From: Podarcis melisellensis
Taxonomy: Eukaryota
Length of the DNA stretch: 64,000 nucleotides
NCBI GenBank assembly: GCA_964234715.1
Contig: OZ174282.1
Direction: 5' to 3' (one strand)
The translations under genes were made by a program, and so were the position numbers. Below, one piece after another: positions 51,133 through 62,580 of this stretch. The first letter of the stretch is position 1. Each line of letters starts with the position of its first letter. Under the pieces are notes generated by a model. The model was not told the origin of the DNA and made no database searches. It saw nothing but the letters and a program-made list of their open reading frames with translations.

Positions 51133-51182
<50 letters not shown>
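51133..51182. repeat. (CA)n microsatellite
   Basis: Directly visible. Confidence 0.95.
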
Positions 51183-51184
<2 letters not shown>

Positions 51185-51426
51185 GTCTTCAAGTACTTTG
51201 TCTATTCCTGCGTATAAAAGAAGGTAAAAGGGGCACTCTTGGGGAGGTGGCTGGGGGTGGGAGATAATTGTGTCCCCCAGTGGATCTGTCCACCATTGTG
51301 AGTTGTGTTTGCTTCTCTCTGTATAGATTCATTCTGGATTCTGTTGCTTGGTCATCCTAGAGAGTGACCAATTATTGGGAAATCGATTTTTACATAAATG
51401 TTATTAGTCACTTTAAAAAAATAAAA

Positions 51427-51427
<1 letters not shown>

Positions 51428-51493
<66 letters not shown>
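51428..51493. repeat. (ATT)12(AAT)10 compound microsatellite forming a perfect palindrome
   Basis: Directly visible; centre between 51463 and 51464. Confidence 0.95.
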
Positions 51494-51932
51494 TTTTATT
51501 TATACCCTGCCCTCCCCAGCCAAGGCCGGGCTCAGGGCAGCTAACAACCAATAACAAAAAACGTTGAATGAATACAACTTGAAAACAAGATTAAAATACA
51601 ACATTAAAATGCAGCCTCATCACAGGAGGAGAAAGGGAAAAAGAAAGAGGGGGGGAGGGAATCTAACTGACTCCAAGCCAAAGTCCAGGCGGAACAACTC
51701 TGTCTTACAGGCCTGTGGAAAGAAATCAGATCCTGCAGGGCCCTGGTCTCATGAGACAGAGCATTCCACCAGGCCGGAGCCAGTGTTGAAAAAGCCCTGG
51801 CTCTGGTTGAGGCTAATCTAACTTCCTTAGCGCCCAGGACCTCTAGGGTGTTGCTATTTATGGACCTTAAGGTCCTCCGTGGGGCATACCGGGAGAGGCG
51901 GTCCTGTAGGTACGAGGGTCCTAGGCCATGAA
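51494..51932 (-). mobile_element. L2-type LINE 3' fragment
   Basis: TTTATTTATACCCTGCCCTCCCCAGCCAAGGCCGGGCTCAGGGCAGCTAAC terminus; AGAGCATTCCACCAGGCCGGAGCCAG..GAAAAAGCCCTGGCTCTGG; GGAGAGGCGGTCC. Confidence 0.75.
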
Positions 51933-51980
51933 GAACTCAAGAGAAGTAATGTTCTACCTTGCACAGTGACTGTGAAAATG

Positions 51981-52074
51981 TGTATCTGAAGAAGTGTGCA
52001 TGCACACGAAAGCTCATACCAAGAACTAACTTAGTTGGTCTTTAAGGTGCTACTGGAAGGGGAAAAAAATTTGT
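51981..52074 (+). mobile_element. Penelope-like element terminal fragment with 10-bp TSD
   Basis: GTATCTGAAGAAGTGTGCATGCACACGAAAGCTCATACC..TTAGTTGGTCTTTAAGGTGCTACTGG resembles recalled squamate Penelope-like termini; TGTGAAAATG flanks at 51971-51980 and 52075-52084. Confidence 0.75.
51982..52019 (+). ncRNA. Minimal type I hammerhead ribozyme motif
   Basis: Stem I GUAU/AUAC, core CUGAAGA(A), stem II GUGUG-CAUG-CACAC, GAAA, palindromic AGCU helix III, predicted cleavage after UC at 52015. Confidence 0.7.
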
Positions 52075-52179
52075 TGTGAAAATGAAGCGAATCTGAGAAG
52101 CACTCTTTCCAAATGGTTGACCAGTAAATGCTTCTGTAGCAATATATATGTGTGACTGTTATGTTCTGGCAAAATGTAG

Positions 52180-52350
52180 GTGGCGCAGAGGATTGCACAG
52201 CTGCAGGAAGCCCTGTTGCATTGTGGGAAGTTCCAGGATGCCTTGGAGCCTTTGCTCAGCTGGTTGGCCGACACGGAGGAGCTCATCTCCAACCAGAAGC
52301 CACCATCTGCTGAATATAAAGTAGTGAAGGCTCAGATTCAGGAGCAAAAG
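52180..52350 (+). CDS. MACF1: MACF1 coding exon ([19 protein letters not shown]...QIQEQK)
   Basis: aatgtag acceptor (poor pyrimidine tract); AAG|gtgagg donor; 171 nt. Confidence 0.96.
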
Positions 52351-52869
52351 GTGAGGAGTTGGTGGCCGGGGGACCTTGAACTCACAGAGCACAGCTGGCT
52401 GGCAGCACCCACCATGGCCTCTCTGTGCTTTGGGCACTCAGCTCCACCAGCAGCCCCAGGTATCCCCAGTTGACAGGAAAGGTTTCACTTGCTTTCCTTT
52501 TGGCAGACAGCTTCTACCTACCACCTGTGCCATGCCAAATAAGCAGGAGAAGGAAGGAAAGAGGTTGGTAGTTGGTGAGCTTTGGAGAACAGAGAGGGGA
52601 CAATATAGGGGACAGACACCCAACCTTTAGTGTGGAGACAGCCCCCACTAGGAATGGCATAAAAGGCAGCCTTTGTTGGGTGAGTTCTGGGAACTTGAAG
52701 TTGATGGTGGTGAGTGAAAGGGGAGAAAGAGGGCACAGTTAAAAGTGGTAGGAGGGAAATGTGAGTTTAGCAGAGGGAGAACCCTGGGGACTGTTGGCCT
52801 TACTGAAAGCAGAAGGGTAATTCCTTCCTTAGCAAAATAATTATCACTTTCTAATACTTTATTCCAAAG

Positions 52870-53036
52870 CTGCTCCAGCGTCTCCTGGATGACCGGAAAG
52901 CTACTGTCGAGATGATCCAAGCAGAGGGTGGGAGAATAGCTCAGTCTGCTGAACCAGCAGACAGGGAGAAGATAGTTGCCCAACTGGAGAGCCTTGGAAG
53001 CCACTGGGCAGGACTTCTCAGCAAAGCTACAGCCAG
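52870..53036 (+). CDS. MACF1: MACF1 coding exon ([25 protein letters not shown]...SKATA-R)
   Basis: ttccaaag acceptor (AAG type); AG|gtaagc donor; 167 nt, phase 0 to 2. Confidence 0.92.
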
Positions 53037-54834
53037 GTAAGCTACAAGGCCTGTAGGATGCAAGCTTGTCTGTTGTAATTTAGCACTGAAGCGAGAGAAA
53101 GTAACCTTTGCTTTGCGCTCTCCCTGCAAAGTATACTTTGATGTTCTTTTGGTAAGCTGTCTTATACTGAGTCGGACCATTGGTCCATCTAGCTCAGCAC
53201 AGGCTACTCTGATTGGCAGCAGCTCTCCAGGGTTTCAGGCAGGGAGCCTTTCCCAGCCCTACCTGGAGATGCTGCTGGGGGCTGGATCCCTTGGGGCTTC
53301 TGCATGCACAGCAGATACTCTGCCATTGAGCTGTGGCCCTTTGCTCTGGTAACCCTGCTGTTTCATAACACAAGTTATTTTATGAACTGCGACTACCTGT
53401 GCATTGCACACAATAACTTTGCAAAACAAGCTGTTAAAGATGCCGTCTCATGCCTGTGCTCTGAATGAAATCACTCTGAACTTCTGAGCCATATGGCTAG
53501 GACATTGCAACTGAGTGTGGTTAGCAGGACTGAAGAATACAAACTGTGTCCGCAGGATGGGATGCACTACTTGCAGGAGAGTCTCTTGCTTGTAAAACTC
53601 ACAAAAAAACCCTCTTGATCCTGTGAGTCCCAGAGCACCATGAGCAGCACATGTGGAACATGCTTCTGTGCCACACTATTTCTTTCTTTTTTAAAATATT
53701 TATCATCTGCCCTTCACTCGAAGGTGCCAAGATAGAAATATGTGCAGTATAAACCAAAACCAAACTATAAGATTAAATCAGCGTAAAACAAAAATACAGA
53801 ATTCAGATACCAATAAAACCAGCAGTGGTAGCAGGTAACCTTTGGCCATCCAGGGCCAGTCCAGGATGTTTTAATGTCTGTGGAGGGCAGTCCTCAAGAC
53901 CTCTCTTGCAGATGTAAGAAAAAAGGGAAGGTCCCCTTTCAATGAATGGTAGCTGTGCAAGAACAGATAACAGCTGTGGTTCACTTCAGAGGAGGCAGTC
54001 AGTGCAGGAGAACTTTATGTTAGTGGATTTTGACCTGTTCATCAGCTCTGTGTTACTTTCTGCTGCCCTTTAGCTTACCCCCAAGCTGCTACCTCACCCT
54101 CCTTCTTTCAAGTACTTGGGGTTGGGATGGAGTGTTTCTTCCAAACTCAGTTTATATTGGCACACCTGTGGGCTCATCATTACACATGACTGCATGCATA
54201 CCGCTTTCCCACATATGTGAAGCAACCCACAGACCAAAAAAAAAGGTCTAAGGAACCATGATCTGGGTATAAAGAGCTGTAGGTTCCCTCCCTCTGTCCC
54301 TTGAAGTTTCTGCTTTGCTTTGGGGAGGGGGCTGTGTGCGCGAGAGAGAGAAGCTTTTCTGCACAGCTCTGGAATTAGATGGAAGTGTAAAATCCAGGGA
54401 AAGGGTTATCATTAATATTTTTTTAAACCTGGCAGTTGCATTCCAGCAACTCCACAGAGAATCAAGTGCAACATCTGTGAAAATGGCCTATATCAGCAAT
54501 TTCTTCAAGCTGTATGTCTCTCCTCCCCCACCCCGTCTTGGCTTTCCCACATTTCCTAGACAGGTTTCATTTACATGGAGAAGGGGGAACCCCACTCCTC
54601 CTTAGCCCCACCATGTCTAAACATGAGATTTCAGATCATCAAATCTTTTGCAGGGGGCTACAAAAATTACCAATATTTTCACTGAACCCACAATTCCCTT
54701 CTTGGTCAATCATCACCAATTTAGGCGACATCAGTGTATATATCATTAAGGTTTTGGGGGTTGTTTTTGTTTTTGCTGTTGTTTTGTTTTGTTTTGCTTT
54801 GCTTTGCTTTGCTTCATGCATCTATCACTTTATT

Positions 54835-55335
54835 CATATATTCATTGAACTGCATTTCTCCTCTTGTTACCCCCTGCCCTGTTTTGGAGACATCCTTTTG
54901 GACCTCTTCACAGCCCACTTGGTTGTTCATCATACTGAATACTTTGGTGTCATCCACAAACTTTGTCAGCTCCCTTCTCACTCCTGTCTCCAGACCGTTC
55001 CTGAACAAGTTCAGGGGCACCATCGGCTCCAATGCACAGATCCTTCAGGAACTTTACTGCGTGCTTCCTTCCTTTCATTGTGAGAACTGTCTGTTTATTC
55101 CCACACTCTGTTTCCTGTTCTTTAACCAGCTGCTGATCCTTAAGAGGATCTTTACTTTCACCCTGTGACTGCTGAGTTTATTCAGAAGTGTTTGGGGACA
55201 GGGACCTTGTTAAAAACTTTTAGGGAGCTCAACTATGCAGTGTCTGCCAGACTACATGTTTCAGCAATCTTATTGGCACTCCAAATCTTATTGGCACTCT
55301 CGAACTCCAAAAGGTTGATGAGGCAGGCTCTTGAT
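54835..55335 (-). mobile_element. CR1 LINE reverse-transcriptase remnant (degenerate)
   Basis: ORF 54814..55032 (-) LNLFRNGLETGVRRELTKFVDDTKVFSMM...CEEVQKDVSK resembles the CR1 RT FINDL..KFADDTKL..LQKDL region. Confidence 0.85.
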
Positions 55336-55703
55336 ACATTAATCCTGTCTTCAAAAAAGGGGGGTGGAGTTAATGACCCTGGAGGCTCTTGCCCATCCTT
55401 TGCCAAGATGATGCCCTCCAGATGTTGACTGGGGCTGATGGGAGTAGTAGTCCAAAACATCTGGATGACATCATCTTGGCGAAGACTGTTCCAGCCAGTC
55501 CTGGAAGTCTCTTAAAATGCTTTCTAGCAGAATCCCTGGTGCAAAAGCTGAACCTGGTTATCTGCTCAACTTTCTCAGGATAAATACTCTGGGTGCTCAT
55601 TTCATTCTTTGTTATTGCAGCAATGGCAAAGTAGCCTCATCTTCTTCCTCGTCCCGCCCCCCCCCCCATTGTTGCTGATGGATTTGTTTTTTTCTTGCCA
55701 CAG

Positions 55704-55863
55704 GCAAAACCAGCTGGAGGAGATCTTGGTTTTGGCCAAGCAGTTCCACGAGACATCAGAGCCCATCTCTGACTGGCTGTCGGTGACTGAGAAGAAACTG
55801 GCCAACTCGGAGCCCATTGGGACTCAGACGGCCAAGATCCAGCAGCAGATAAGCCGGCATAAG
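55704..55863 (+). CDS. MACF1: MACF1 coding exon ([17 protein letters not shown]...QQQISRHK)
   Basis: ccacag acceptor; AAG|gtgggc donor; 160 nt. Confidence 0.95.
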
Positions 55864-56847
55864 GTGGGCGAAGGGTTGCCAAGGAATTGCGCAATGTGGG
55901 GGTGACGGGGGAGCACTGTGCGGTAGGCACTTCAGTAAGAATAGCTGCTGCTGTAGAACCTGGGTACCTGAATAAGATGGGGGCGGGGGGAGGTTGGAAA
56001 CATGCATGTCATAACGGAACAATACTTAAGCCAAGTTGAGTTGGTTGGAATTCAGGATGAAGATTCTCATGGTTTGTATCGAAGCAAAATGCAAGACAAG
56101 ACTGCCAGTGACTACTACCCATGATGACTTACGTTCTGCTTTCGCTGTCAGACACAGTATACCCCTGAATAGCAGGTGCGGGAATCAGAGACAGGTAGAA
56201 TGCCGATACACTTGGGTCCTGCTTGCGGACTTCCTACAGGCATTCGTTTGGCCAGTGTAAGAGCAGGATACTGATCTATTGGACTAATCCAGCAGCAGGG
56301 TTGTTCTTAGTTTTTAACTTTAGTATTTCCTAGGGTATTACCCATATCACTAAATCCTAGAATCCTGCACTTGGTGCAATCCTAGATGGGTCTGCTTGGA
56401 ATAAGTTCCATTGGGTTTAGTGGGACATACTCCCAGCTAATTGTGTATAGGATTGCTGGTCTCTGGGTAGGAAGAATCCTGGCTCATTAGAAGGAAATTG
56501 TGTGGGAGATACACCCCACCACACACACCTTTCCCAAATTCAGTAACTTTTCCTCTTTAAGCTATGAAAATAGCAGCCACAGCTATAACTGTTCATAAGA
56601 CCTGGCCTCCAGAGAAGAATGAAACAAAACTCCCATCTCTCATTTTTCTTTATTTAAACAATTTATTTCATATATGTTATTGCCCTCGTGGGTGGATATT
56701 TTTACTTTGAGTTTGCATGATCATCAGACACACTTATTTCTCAGTTTTGTTTTAGATTTGTTTCCCGTTTATTCCATTTTCAGTCATAAGTTTCTGTCTG
56801 CTTGTTTTGTGTTCCCCCTTCTCTTAAACCATCTCACGGATCTCCAG

Positions 56848-57174
56848 GCCCTCGATGAGGAGATAGAGAGTCATGGCTCAGCTGTGGCTCTGGCGGTCAA
56901 CACTGGACAGTCCCTGGCCTCCTTGAGCTGTCAGGCTGAGCAGGCCTCGCTGGCTGAGAAGCTTGACCTGCTTGAGTCCCGGTATGCAGAGGTTTGCGAC
57001 CGGTGCGGCCGGAAGGCTGCCCTTCTTGACCAGGCCTTGTCCAACGCCCGGCTCTTTGGGGAGGACGAGGTGGAGGTGCTCAACTGGCTGGCTGAGGTTG
57101 AGGACAAGCTCAGCTCAGTGGCCGTCAAGGATTACAAGCGGGACATCCTGCAGAGGCAGCATGCTGACCACCTG
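56848..57174 (+). CDS. MACF1: MACF1 327-nt symmetric (0-0) exon, 109 aa, about one spectrin repeat (ALDEEIESH...HADHL); probable cassette exon
   Basis: tctccag acceptor; CTG|gtactg donor; contains RLFGEDEVEVLNWLAEVEDKL. Confidence 0.94.
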
Positions 57175-57204
57175 GTACTGACTCCTTTTCCCATCTTTCA
57201 TGAT

Positions 57205-57205
<1 letters not shown>

Positions 57206-57259
<54 letters not shown>
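57206..57259. repeat. (TTA)n microsatellite flanked by a ~27-bp direct repeat
   Basis: TTTTCCCATCTT(T/C)CATGATGTATTATT at ~57186 and ~57261. Confidence 0.9.
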
Positions 57260-57261
<2 letters not shown>

Positions 57262-57928
57262 TTTCCCATCTTCCATGATGTATTATTCTTCTTCTTACCT
57301 TTTCCTTTGTTTCTCTTGCTTTGAGTCTTTTGATTTTGATCTGGGCCATTAATATCTCCCTAGAACACCAGCCCCACCCTTGCTGCTGCCCCATACCACC
57401 ACACAAACCGGCGTTATTGCTGTGCCAAAGGGAAAAAGAGAGAGAGAATGATGACCAACCCTTGTCCCAGTTAAGCCTTTTAGAAGGTTGCCACCCTCTA
57501 CTTAAAGCAGCCCTTCCTAAAGGCGCTCCCCATAGGTTTTTGACTACAGCTCCCATCAGCCCCATGATCCTGGGGTTGATGGGGTTTGTAGTCCAGAACA
57601 TTTGGACTTGGTTAGGAAAGGCTGGTGTAAGTATTCCTCCTAGCTTGATGCAGTGGTGGTCTGCCTAGGACTCTCCCTCCTCTTCTGTTTGGTAGAAATA
57701 GTGAGCATCATCAATGCCCTGCCTTCCTTAGGCTTCAGGCTGCTTCTGTGTCCCCTCCCAGGGGCTTCCTGTGTGGAAGGGAGCCACAGGTGTCTCTTGG
57801 GTGCCGCCTTTACTCTGTCAATGTGCTGGTGTTGTCTGAGCCCCAGTGGGGGAAACTTGTTTTGGTCAAAGAGGAGCCTCTCCAGGGGAACTTGCCTTTG
57901 ACACAAGGTTTTTTCCCCACCTGCCTAG

Positions 57929-58013
57929 GCCTTGAATGATGAGATTGTGAACCGCAAGAAGAATGTAGACCAGGCCATTAAGAACGGGCAGGCCCTTCTG
58001 AAGCAAACCACAG
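57929..58013 (+). CDS. MACF1: MACF1 coding exon (ALNDEIVNRKKNVDQAIKNGQALLKQTT-G)
   Basis: gcctag acceptor; G|gtaagg donor; 85 nt. Confidence 0.95.
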
Positions 58014-58457
58014 GTAAGGCTAACCAACCTATTGCACTCCCCACAATCCTTCCTGTCATTCTTCATTGACTTCTCTGTGCCAATGGCTGCAGAACATAGT
58101 ACTCCCCCCCCCCCCCCAAAAAAAGATTCACCCACTTCATTTCTTATTTTCTTATAAAGGGTTGCTTCAGGCAAACAGGAGTGGGGTTGAAAGCAGGGGC
58201 TTTAAATCCCAAGTATTTGCTGCTTTTTGCTTAGGAAGGCTTGTCATTTTCTAGAACATTAAGTATAGAAATTGTTTTATTGCTTTTAGCTTATTGAGTC
58301 TATAACATGTGGGGAGTTAATCTTATTTTATTCTACTTCGGTAGCTTTTGTTTGAGAAGTAGTTTCTAAGCCTGCAGATAAAGAGGCAAAACAAAAGAAG
58401 TCTCTAAACCAAATGACTAGAGTTTGCTGCAGCTAAACACTTGGTGGCTCCCTGCAG

Positions 58458-58699
58458 GGGAAGAAGTGCTGCTCATCCAGGAGAAGCTGGACGGCATCAA
58501 GACGCGCTACTCGGATATCACCACAGCCAGCTCAAAGGCTCTCCGCACTCTGGAGCAGGCCCGCCAGCTGGCCACCAAGTTCCAGTCCACGCACGAGGAG
58601 CTGACAGACTGGATGGGTCTGGTGGAAGAGGAGCTGACGTCGGGTGGAGGGCACTCTCCTGTCGGGGAGCAGATCCCTCAGTTCCAGCAGAGGCAGAAG
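58458..58699 (+). CDS. MACF1: MACF1 coding exon (EEVLLIQEKLDGIKTRY...QFQQRQK)
   Basis: cctgcag acceptor; AAG|gtcagg donor; 242 nt. Confidence 0.95.
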
Positions 58700-59452
58700 G
58701 TCAGGAGCCATTCCACACTCAGGCAGAGTGTTTTCAAAGGAGAGTGGGCTTTGGTAGTAACAGGGAGTGTGCTAAGTAGTTAGTAACTAACGGACCAAAA
58801 GCTCACAAAAATGTGAACAGCTCGTAAGTTCTCTAGGACTTCTCAGCAGGCAAGAAGCCATTGTTACTTTACCAAATGAGCCTCGCTGTGTAACCTGTTG
58901 TTTGTAGCATCAGAGAGGGACCTTCTCCATCTGCAATCCTCCTCTTGGAATGTGTCTACAAGTGCTGACTTCATGGCTTGCTAATTGCGCTACTTCCCTG
59001 GGTTTTGGGGTTTTTTTTAAAAAAAATTGTCCATACTCCCAGCTTTATGTGATATTCTGAAGAGTTATGGAGAGCTTAGAAGCTTTTAGATTGGTCCTAA
59101 TAAAGGCATTTGCAGACTTTGGAATGGTTTTTAATGGACTGACACAGCTATGTCTGCTTTTTAGTTTAAAGCACCTGCATGTAAAAGTGGTTGTTATCAT
59201 ACACTGGCCTGTGATCCACAGCCAGGAAGATGCCTTGCCTGCTTCTGCTGGGATGGGAAATGTTCTTTCCTCTTTCCTTCCACTACAAATGAAATACCTA
59301 TCTCCATCTCAGCAAATGGAGGCTTGGATTTCCAACATCAGGGGGCCCTCTGCCAGTCTTTGATCATGAAAAAATACCCTTCTTGCACAACCCAAAGGGC
59401 AAGTGGATTCACAACCACAGACAGCCGGACCTTTTTTCCTTTTCTTTTCCAG

Positions 59453-59659
59453 GAACTGAAGAAGGAGGTGATGGAGCACAGGCTTATCCTGGATACTGTG
59501 AACGAAGTCAGCCGTGCCCTCCTGGAGCTGGTGCCCTGGCGTGCCCGCGAAGGGCTGGATAAGTTGGTTTCGGATACTAATGAGCGCTACAAGATGATCA
59601 GTGACACCATCAAGCAAAGAGTGGAAGAAATAGATGCTGCTATACAGAGGTCCCAGCAG
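59453..59659 (+). CDS. MACF1: MACF1 coding exon ([14 protein letters not shown]...AAIQRSQQ)
   Basis: ttttccag acceptor; CAG|gtagag donor; 207 nt. Confidence 0.96.
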
Positions 59660-60703
59660 GTAGAGTTTGAGAGTTTGCTTTTTTAGTGGCCCTTGTTTCT
59701 TCCCTCATAAAGACCTTCTATGGAAAACGGCTTGGTGCAGAGAAGGCAGGGAGTGGGCAGGCTTCTAAATTAAAAAGAAAATCGGTCCCGCTCCTCCACA
59801 CAAATGACAGGAGACTTTGCCTTCAGTAAGCTGTAATCGGGACTGGTACAATGTGCCACAAACACAAGACAAGAACTAAAGATATGTGTACAGCCAGTCA
59901 GTAAAGCACGTGATCTCACCCACAGGATACACATCGACTCACAAAACGTAATGTTTCTGCATGGAGCATATTATCAAGGAATCAAACATTTGTAAAATCA
60001 GTTTATTTTTCTAGCCTGTCTTGGGTGGTCCTTTTTCTGGGCTGTCTTCTGCTTTGCAGGCAGAGTAACACTAGCGAGGCCAAGGTCAGTTTCAAGGGTA
60101 ATGAGTGAGTCATTGATGGAGAATTGGATGAAAACAGAGTTTTCACTCGAGAATAGTGAAGCAAAAAACCACAAGCTTCAGGTCAACTTTCTCACACACA
60201 TTCATTCATTTCAGATATGGAATTAACTCCGTAAATCTCATCTCTTGATCAGTCAAGTGCCTGAAACACTAATGTTGATTCCTAAGAATTTTCCATCTTT
60301 GCACAGGGCTAGTAGTTTTAAAACTTTGATTTCTCGGCACTTACGAACTTAAAATTATTTTCACACACTGCTCAGAAGCTGCCTTCCTTCACGTGGCCCT
60401 CTGGGTGCTGTTGATGGACTCATCACCCCTGTCCCTAAGGAGAGTCTGAGTCCCAGCAGCATCTGGAGAACAGCACTGGGGCTTGTGGATATGTCAGAAA
60501 GTAATGTTGTGGCTAAGAGGAAACTGCAGCTTGGTCCGAATGTACTGCTTCAGCCAAAATCTAGCCTGACTTCCTTTCCCCTACCTTACTCTTCACTTAA
60601 TGCTCATGCAGCCTCATAGTTGCCCCACTGCAAGGGCAGATGCCAGGCTTCTTCCGGTTTGTGTCTTGCTGGCTCTAAATTCTCCTCTCTTTCCCCCGGA
60701 CAG

Positions 60704-60823
60704 TATGAGCAGGCAGCTGATTCAGAGCTTGCCTGGGTTGCTGAGACGAAACGGAAGCTGATGGCGCTTGGCCCAATTCGCCTGGAGCAAGACCAGACTA
60801 CAGCCCAGCTTCAGGTCCAAAAG
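60704..60823 (+). CDS. MACF1: MACF1 coding exon ([40 protein letters not shown])
   Basis: ggacag acceptor; AAG|gtgcgg donor; 120 nt. Confidence 0.96.
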
Positions 60824-61911
60824 GTGCGGGACTCTGGGTTGAGCGCTTGCTGGATGGAGTGAGCTGGAGGGCAAAGTGGTACTTTTAACCTTGCCGTTGC
60901 AGAAGAGTAGATGATGGCCCTGAGTGCTGGGAAGCCAGCAGAGAGGCTGGGTGCTTCCAGGGAAGAATAACATGGAAGCATCAGCATCAGCTGGAGCTCT
61001 TGAGATTTCTTGAGGCATTGGGAGTCGTGTGGTGGTCTAAAGGCATCATGGATGAAACCATGGATTAGGTCCAGACTTAGCCATGCTTCCTGCCCATTGA
61101 AATCACCAGGGCAGATTAGTAATGACTGTCTTACATAGTCTGCTGATATCAATTGGTCTAAAGAATGACTGGCTTTTTCTGGAACCAACTCAGTGTTTGG
61201 GTTTTGATCTCCAAAGGGATAAGAAGGACAAGGGGGAGGGGGGGATCAGCGGGCTTGGGTGGTTCTGAATAAAATTTGAGGTGTTGTTCAGATTGGGCAG
61301 ATTGGATGGGGTGTTGTGGACAAGGGAGTTGAAATAGAATATTTTTGGGGGGAAGTGGGGGCATCTGGACTCCAGCTTAGCAGAACAGACTGTATCAGGG
61401 CAATATTGCATCCAATTCTGTTCTCATTATTTTTAACGGGCTGTTTCCTTGATCTGTTTTTTACCAGTCTGGGGTGGGCTTTTTGCAGTTTTTTTTATTT
61501 TACAGCTTTGTTCTTCAAGTTGTATTTTATCTTATTTGTTGTTACTTATCTCTTGGGTACCACTATATGGATGGGTGGGATAGAAATTTAAATTGGCCTT
61601 CCCCACCCTGGTACCTTCCAGATGTTTTTGACTACAACACCCATCAGCCAGCACAGCCAAGGGTTAGGGATGATGGGAGCTGTACCCCAAAGGCGTTTGG
61701 GTGGGGGCACCAGGTTGGCAAAGGCTGATTTGAATAATATTAGATGGTTAGAGTTAGGCAGACTTGAACCCTATGGCCCTGATAAGTGTAGGCACGATGG
61801 CTTCAGTCAGGCCAAGAATGACATTGCAGTATGGATGCAGGGTGCTTGCGCCGTCTCTCGTCACCCACTTCTTTTTAAAGAAAATTGCTTTGTGCTTGTT
61901 CAACCTTTCAG

Positions 61912-62019
61912 GCTTTCTCTATTGACATCATCCGACACAAAGATTCTATGGACGAGCTGCTCAGCCAGCGGAATGAGATCTTTGGAACCTGTGGGGAAGA
62001 ACAGAAAGCCACACTGCAG
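61912..62019 (+). CDS. MACF1: MACF1 coding exon (AFSIDIIRHKDSMDELLSQRNEIFGTCGEEQKATLQ)
   Basis: ctttcag acceptor; CAG|gtaaat donor; 108 nt. Confidence 0.96.
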
Positions 62020-62360
62020 GTAAATCTCTTGTCCTGCATGCACCAACTTGCTGCCCTCCAGTTGCCTTTGCACTACAACTCCCAGCAGCCCCCAGTGCTG
62101 GCTGGGGCTGATGGGAGTTGTAGGTCAAAACATCCAAAGGGCACTGGGTTGACTAAGGCTGCTGTAGTCAGAGAGAAGAAAGCTGCAGAGGGCAACACTC
62201 AGCCAGGGGCCAGCCTTGTTGTACTGGTGCATGTTTTCAGTGGTCCTGCCCCTGGGCTAACCAAGTTTTTTTGTTTTTTGTTTGCTAGTACTTAGCTACT
62301 GGAAGTTGCATCATGCATTTATAGCCAGTAGGTAGAAATGTCTAGTTAGCACAAAGCAAA

Positions 62361-62580
62361 AGGCGATTTGGTGTAGTGGTTAGAATATTGGACTAGGACC
62401 TACGAGATCAGGGATCAAATTTGAGCCAAGAAGCTCACTGGATGACCTGAGGCCAGTCATCATCTTTGAGCTTAAGCTACCTCACAGGATTGTTGTGAGG
62501 ATAAATTAGAGGCAGAGAGCCATATACACCCCTTTGAGCTCCTTGAAGGAAAATGGGGTATAAAACTAATAAATAAAAAG
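62361..62580 (+). mobile_element. Degenerate tRNA-derived SINE (Squam3-like)
   Basis: TGGTGTAGTGGTTAGA head, TACCTCACAGGATTGTTGTGAGGATAAA core, A-rich tail. Confidence 0.65.

Noticed and set aside
56674-57324. ORF with hydrophobic ends and poly-Leu, suggesting a membrane-anchored spectrin protein
   Set aside because: The ends are intronic pyrimidine tract and (TTA)n; only 56848-57174 is exon.
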